NCBI GenBank assembly: GCA_963665125.2
Contig: CAXXUK010000002.1
Span: 448,001-512,000, forward strand
Length of the DNA stretch: 64,000 nt
From: an uncultured Desulfarculus sp.
GTDB taxonomy: Bacteria; Desulfobacterota; Desulfarculia; Desulfarculales; Desulfarculaceae
Direction of reading: 5' to 3'
The notes under the pieces were generated by a model. That model was not told the DNA's origin, ran no database searches, and worked only from the letters and a program-made list of their open reading frames with translations. A program made the position numbers and the translations under genes. Position 1 is the stretch's first letter. Every line of letters begins with the position of its first letter. Shown piece by piece: positions 60,321-64,000 of this stretch.

Positions 60321-60611
60321 TATGCGCGGGACCGGCCAGGCGCTGGCCGGTCCCGTAGAACTACGGCCAATCGCTGCCAAAGTCGCGGCAAAAAAACACA
60401 CAGTGTTCAAAAAAACGGTAGCCTTTGCCTCCCCCCTTTTTGTTAACATGGTCCAGCCAAAAAACGCACCGCGCTACTGTCGGCCAGTGGCAGTGTTTTT
60501 TCGGAGGCGGCCATTCGATCCGCAGCCGGGAGGATAGTGTTTGGCCCGGCGGCGTATTTGTTATTTTCGGCGGTAATCAACAGCAACCGATGTAGTGGGA
60601 GGTTTTTGGAT

Positions 60612-62357
60612 ATGTCGGACAAACCGTGGCACAAATCATCAAGGTGGCCCGAAGGAGTTCCCTTTGAGTTCGAGGGCAATTACAAACGGCCCGTTTTTTC
60701 ACTTTTAGATGACGCGGCCAAAAACTATCCCGATGCCGTGTACACCATTTTCCAGGGTGGCATGCGCACCTACAAGCAGGTCAAGGAATCGGCCGACAAG
60801 ATCGCCAACTTCCTGGCGGCCAAGGGCATCAAGCACGAAGACCGCGTGGCCATGTTCCTGCCCAACATTCCGCATTATCCCGAAGCCTTTTTCGGCGCTT
60901 CAAAAGCGGGCGCGGCGTGCGTTACCTGCAACCCGCTCTACACCATCGAAGAGCTCAATTTCCAACTCAAGGACTCCGACGCCAAGGCGGTTTTCTGCAT
61001 GGATCACCCGGAGTTCTACAAGACAACCTGCGAGGCCATCAAGGGCACCAACGTCGAGACGGTCATCGTCTGCAACGTCAAGACCCACCTGCCTAAAATA
61101 AAGGCTATTCTGGGCGGTCTGCTGGGCAAACTCCCCAAGGCCGACAATGTCGACCCCAAGCACGTCAGGTACGAAGACATCATGGCCCAGTACCCGGCCC
61201 AGGCGCCGAAAGTGGACATTGATGTCGAAAACGACCTTGCCGTTATCCTTTACACCGGCGGCACCACCGGCGTGCCCAAGGGCGCCGAACTCAAGCACAC
61301 CAACTTCGTCTACAACGTAATGGCTCTGGACCAGTGGATCCGCCTGCCCAACCGGCCCGGCGAAAAACCGGCCAAAATGGAGCGGGGCGGCGTACACACC
61401 TATTTGGGCGTCTTGCCCTGGTACCACAGCTTCGGCATCACCACCTGCATGATCGGTTCGGTGTATAGCGCCAACCGCCTGGTTTGCATTCCTGATCCCA
61501 AGGCCGGCGATCCGCCTTTCACCGAGGTTCTCAAGTCCTGCGAAAAGTACGGCGTGACCATCACCGTGGCCGTGCCCACGATTTACACGGCCTTTGTCAA
61601 CCATCCCAAGATCAATGACTTCGATCTTTCCAAGTTTATCGCCTGTTGTTCCGGCGCGGCTCCCCTGCCGGCCGAAGTGGTGCGCCAGTTTGAAAAGATC
61701 TCCGGTTCGGTGATCTTCGAGGGCTACGGCCTGACTGAGACAACGCCGGTGTTGACCACCAACCCGACCTTTGCCGACAAGCGCAAGATCGGTTCGGTGG
61801 GCATGCCCCTGCCGGGCACCGACATCAAGATCGTGGACCTGGACACCGGCCTCAAGGAACTGCCCAATGGCGAAGACGGCGAGATTTCCGGCTGCGGTCC
61901 CCAGATAATGCGCGGCTACTGGAAACGTCCCGACGCCAATGACGAGGTGTTCAGGGAGATTGAAGGCAACCGTTACTTCCTCACCGGCGACATCGGCCAT
62001 ATTGATGAAGACGGCTTCATCGTCATCACCGACCGCAAAAAGGACCTGATCCTGGTGGGCGGCTTCAACGCCTATCCCAAGGAGATCGAGGAAGTCCTGT
62101 ACCTGCATCCCAAGGTGGCCCAGGCCGCCGTGGTGGGCGTGCCCGATCCGCGTAGCGGCGAGGCGGTCAAGGCCTTCGTGCAGCTCAAGGAAGGCGTCGA
62201 GGCCACGGAACAGGAGCTCAAGGACTTCTGCGCCGAGCACCTGGCCGGTTACAAGAGGCCCAGGGAGATCGAGTTCCGCGATGAACTGCCCACATCGGTG
62301 GTCGGCAAGATACTGCGCCGCGTGCTGCGCGACGAGGAGATCGACAAGCGCAAATAA
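60612..62357 (+). CDS. Long-chain-fatty-acid--CoA ligase
   Basis: YTGGTTGVPKG, EGYGLTE, TGDIG, DRKKD, GKILRR; GGAGG RBS before 60612. Confidence 0.9.
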   Translation: MSDKPWHKSSRWPEGVPFEFEGNYKRPVFSLLDDAAKNYPDAVYTIFQGGMRTYKQVKESADKIANFLAAKGIKHEDRVAMFLPNIPHYPEAFFGASKAGAACVTCNPLYTIEELNFQLKDSDAKAVFCMDHPEFYKTTCEAIKGTNVETVIVCNVKTHLPKIKAILGGLLGKLPKADNVDPKHVRYEDIMAQYPAQAPKVDIDVENDLAVILYTGGTTGVPKGAELKHTNFVYNVMALDQWIRLPNRPGEKPAKMERGGVHTYLGVLPWYHSFGITTCMIGSVYSANRLVCIPDPKAGDPPFTEVLKSCEKYGVTITVAVPTIYTAFVNHPKINDFDLSKFIACCSGAAPLPAEVVRQFEKISGSVIFEGYGLTETTPVLTTNPTFADKRKIGSVGMPLPGTDIKIVDLDTGLKELPNGEDGEISGCGPQIMRGYWKRPDANDEVFREIEGNRYFLTGDIGHIDEDGFIVITDRKKDLILVGGFNAYPKEIEEVLYLHPKVAQAAVVGVPDPRSGEAVKAFVQLKEGVEATEQELKDFCAEHLAGYKRPREIEFRDELPTSVVGKILRRVLRDEEIDKRK

Positions 62358-62380
62358 GCGCCGGATAGCCTGAAATGACG

Positions 62381-62412
62381 CGGCGGGTTCCCTCGGGGGC
62401 CCGCCGTTTTTT
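62381..62412 (+). terminator. Terminator
   Basis: CGGCGGG...CCCGCCG + T6. Confidence 0.75.
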
Positions 62413-63784
62413 ATGAGAGTCGGCCGGGAGCTGGTTCGGTCCTGTTGCGGCCTTTGTTCTTGGCCAGATAGAGCATTTCGTCGGCCCGTTTGAGCAGGTA
62501 TTCCGCGGTTTCGGTGCGGCGGGTCATCTGGGCCGCGCCGATGCTGACGGTGATCCTGGCCCGGGAGGCCTGCCCGGACAGGCGCAACGCGGCCACCGCC
62601 GTGCGGATGCGTTCGGCCAGGACCAGGGCCTGGTCCAGACCCGTTTCCGGCAGGATCACCCCGAACTCCTCGCCGCCCAGACGTCCGGCCAAGTCTTCCG
62701 CCCGGACAACTTGGCGAAGGGTTTGGGAAAAGGACTTGAGAGCCTTGTCGCCCGTGGGGTGGCCGAACTCGTCGTTGATCGATTTGAAATGGTCCAGATC
62801 GATCATCAGCAGGGACAGGGGATTGCCGTGCCGGGCGCTGCGCTTGCATTCGGCCTGGAGCAGTTCCAGGAAATAGCGCCGGTTGTGCAGGCCGGTCAGG
62901 CTGTCGGTCAGGGCCATTGCCTGAAGCTTTTGGGCCGTTTCGGTCAGCTCCGCCGTGCGCTCCAAGACCCGCTGCTCCATCTCGTCAAAGGCCTTTTTCA
63001 GGCCCATCTCGGCAACGTCCCGGGCCCGGCTGCGCTTGTACAATTCCCGGCGGGCCACCAACAGGGCTACCAGACCCGCCAGCCAGACCAAGCCGAACTG
63101 GGCCAGGGATCGGTTTATTTCCTGTTGCTTGTTGGCGAGCTTTTTGTCCAGAGGCATGCTGATGCTCAGGCCTCCGATAAGATCGCCGACCTTGTAGCCT
63201 ATTGAGCCGTGGCACTTCAGGCAATACTCTTTGGCATACAGCGGCACCATGGAGCGGAGCGTGATTTTGCCGTCCCTGATTTCCCGGCCGGTGACCTTGT
63301 CCATTGGTTGCGCCTGCATTTTTTGCAGGGCGGCGCGTTCCCATTGGTCCGGCGCCGACGCGGGCCTGAAAGGTTTCATGCTTGTGGCGTGGACGTAAAT
63401 ACGCTCCGGGTTGTTGTCTTTATTCGCTTCGGCCAGCAGGCGCATGGCGTAGGCGCCGTTGACCAAGACCAGGCGTTTGCCCTTTGTGGTGGTGACCGCA
63501 GATTCAGTCACATGGCTCAAATAGGGATTTTCCGGAACCTTGTCGCTTTCGGCGACGTAGATCCCGCCATTTTCCAATATCCACCGGCGCAGGGTGTAGT
63601 CGCGCGCCAGGAACGCGCTGATCTCGGCCTCGTTGCGTTGGTCGAACCGTTGGTTGGTGCGCCAGATCGCCTCGCCTGCCAGACCGCAGGACAACAGCGA
63701 CCAGCCCATGATCAGGACCAATATGACCAACTGCTCGGTGCGCGGCTTGCCGGTTTGACTTTTATTGTTGCCGGATGCGAGCAT
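62411..63784 (-). CDS. Diguanylate cyclase with periplasmic heme-c (DUF3365-like) sensor
   Basis: TM-periplasmic domain with PDQWE and CLKCH-TM; RAED I-site; GGEEF. Confidence 0.88.
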   Translation of the reverse strand: MLASGNNKSQTGKPRTEQLVILVLIMGWSLLSCGLAGEAIWRTNQRFDQRNEAEISAFLARDYTLRRWILENGGIYVAESDKVPENPYLSHVTESAVTTTKGKRLVLVNGAYAMRLLAEANKDNNPERIYVHATSMKPFRPASAPDQWERAALQKMQAQPMDKVTGREIRDGKITLRSMVPLYAKEYCLKCHGSIGYKVGDLIGGLSISMPLDKKLANKQQEINRSLAQFGLVWLAGLVALLVARRELYKRSRARDVAEMGLKKAFDEMEQRVLERTAELTETAQKLQAMALTDSLTGLHNRRYFLELLQAECKRSARHGNPLSLLMIDLDHFKSINDEFGHPTGDKALKSFSQTLRQVVRAEDLAGRLGGEEFGVILPETGLDQALVLAERIRTAVAALRLSGQASRARITVSIGAAQMTRRTETAEYLLKRADEMLYLAKNKGRNRTEPAPGRLS

Positions 63785-64000
63785 TGTGTATTGATTCCAA
63801 ACGTCGCCGGGGAAAAGCAACCCAAATTCAAAGTCCGAACATTATATGCCCAAATGAAGATGGAATTAAGAACATTCTGATATGAAACGCTATAGGTGGG
63901 AATCTTGACGTAAATTTGCCGGTTACACTTCAATGGCGGCTAGGACGAACGTCAACAATTCACGCATGTCCTCTTCATCACCAGCGATGGATCCGCTACG

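Overview
GC-rich chromosomal window from an anaerobic, probably sulfate-reducing deltaproteobacterium (Desulfobacterota-like; inferred from gene content). Core and metabolic genes include a 4-hydroxybutyrate operon (abfD, CoA-transferase, unknown permease), an acyl-CoA dehydratase activase, c-di-GMP enzymes, three tandem orphan LivJ-type binding proteins, glycerol dehydrogenase, thiolase, carB, a TetR-MMPL/RND-LolA-like-outer-membrane-barrel-sulfatase cluster, Tex and an acyl-CoA ligase. Highlights the ORF track misses or does not explain: (1) mercury-methylation genes hgcAB, where HgcA has a hidden selenocysteine (CUGP) N-terminal extension and an intact IS5-family element sits inside the reconstructed hgcA promoter/operator; (2) a second hidden selenoprotein (DsrE-like, UxxC) with a clear SECIS; (3) a duplicated module of a non-canonical LuxR-type regulator divergent from two small Pro/Thr-stalked, Cys-paired GxW beta-barrel lipoproteins, with a shared palindromic site and a fifth paralog near 6 kb, which is the best candidate for an undescribed system; (4) an AT-rich two-gene island resembling anti-phage cassettes; (5) a Tat-signal proline dehydrogenase; (6) an IS3 element with no target duplication flanked by remnants of a secreted-protein gene. 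No tRNA, rRNA or CRISPR array was seen. All family calls come from motif recognition by eye, not database searches.
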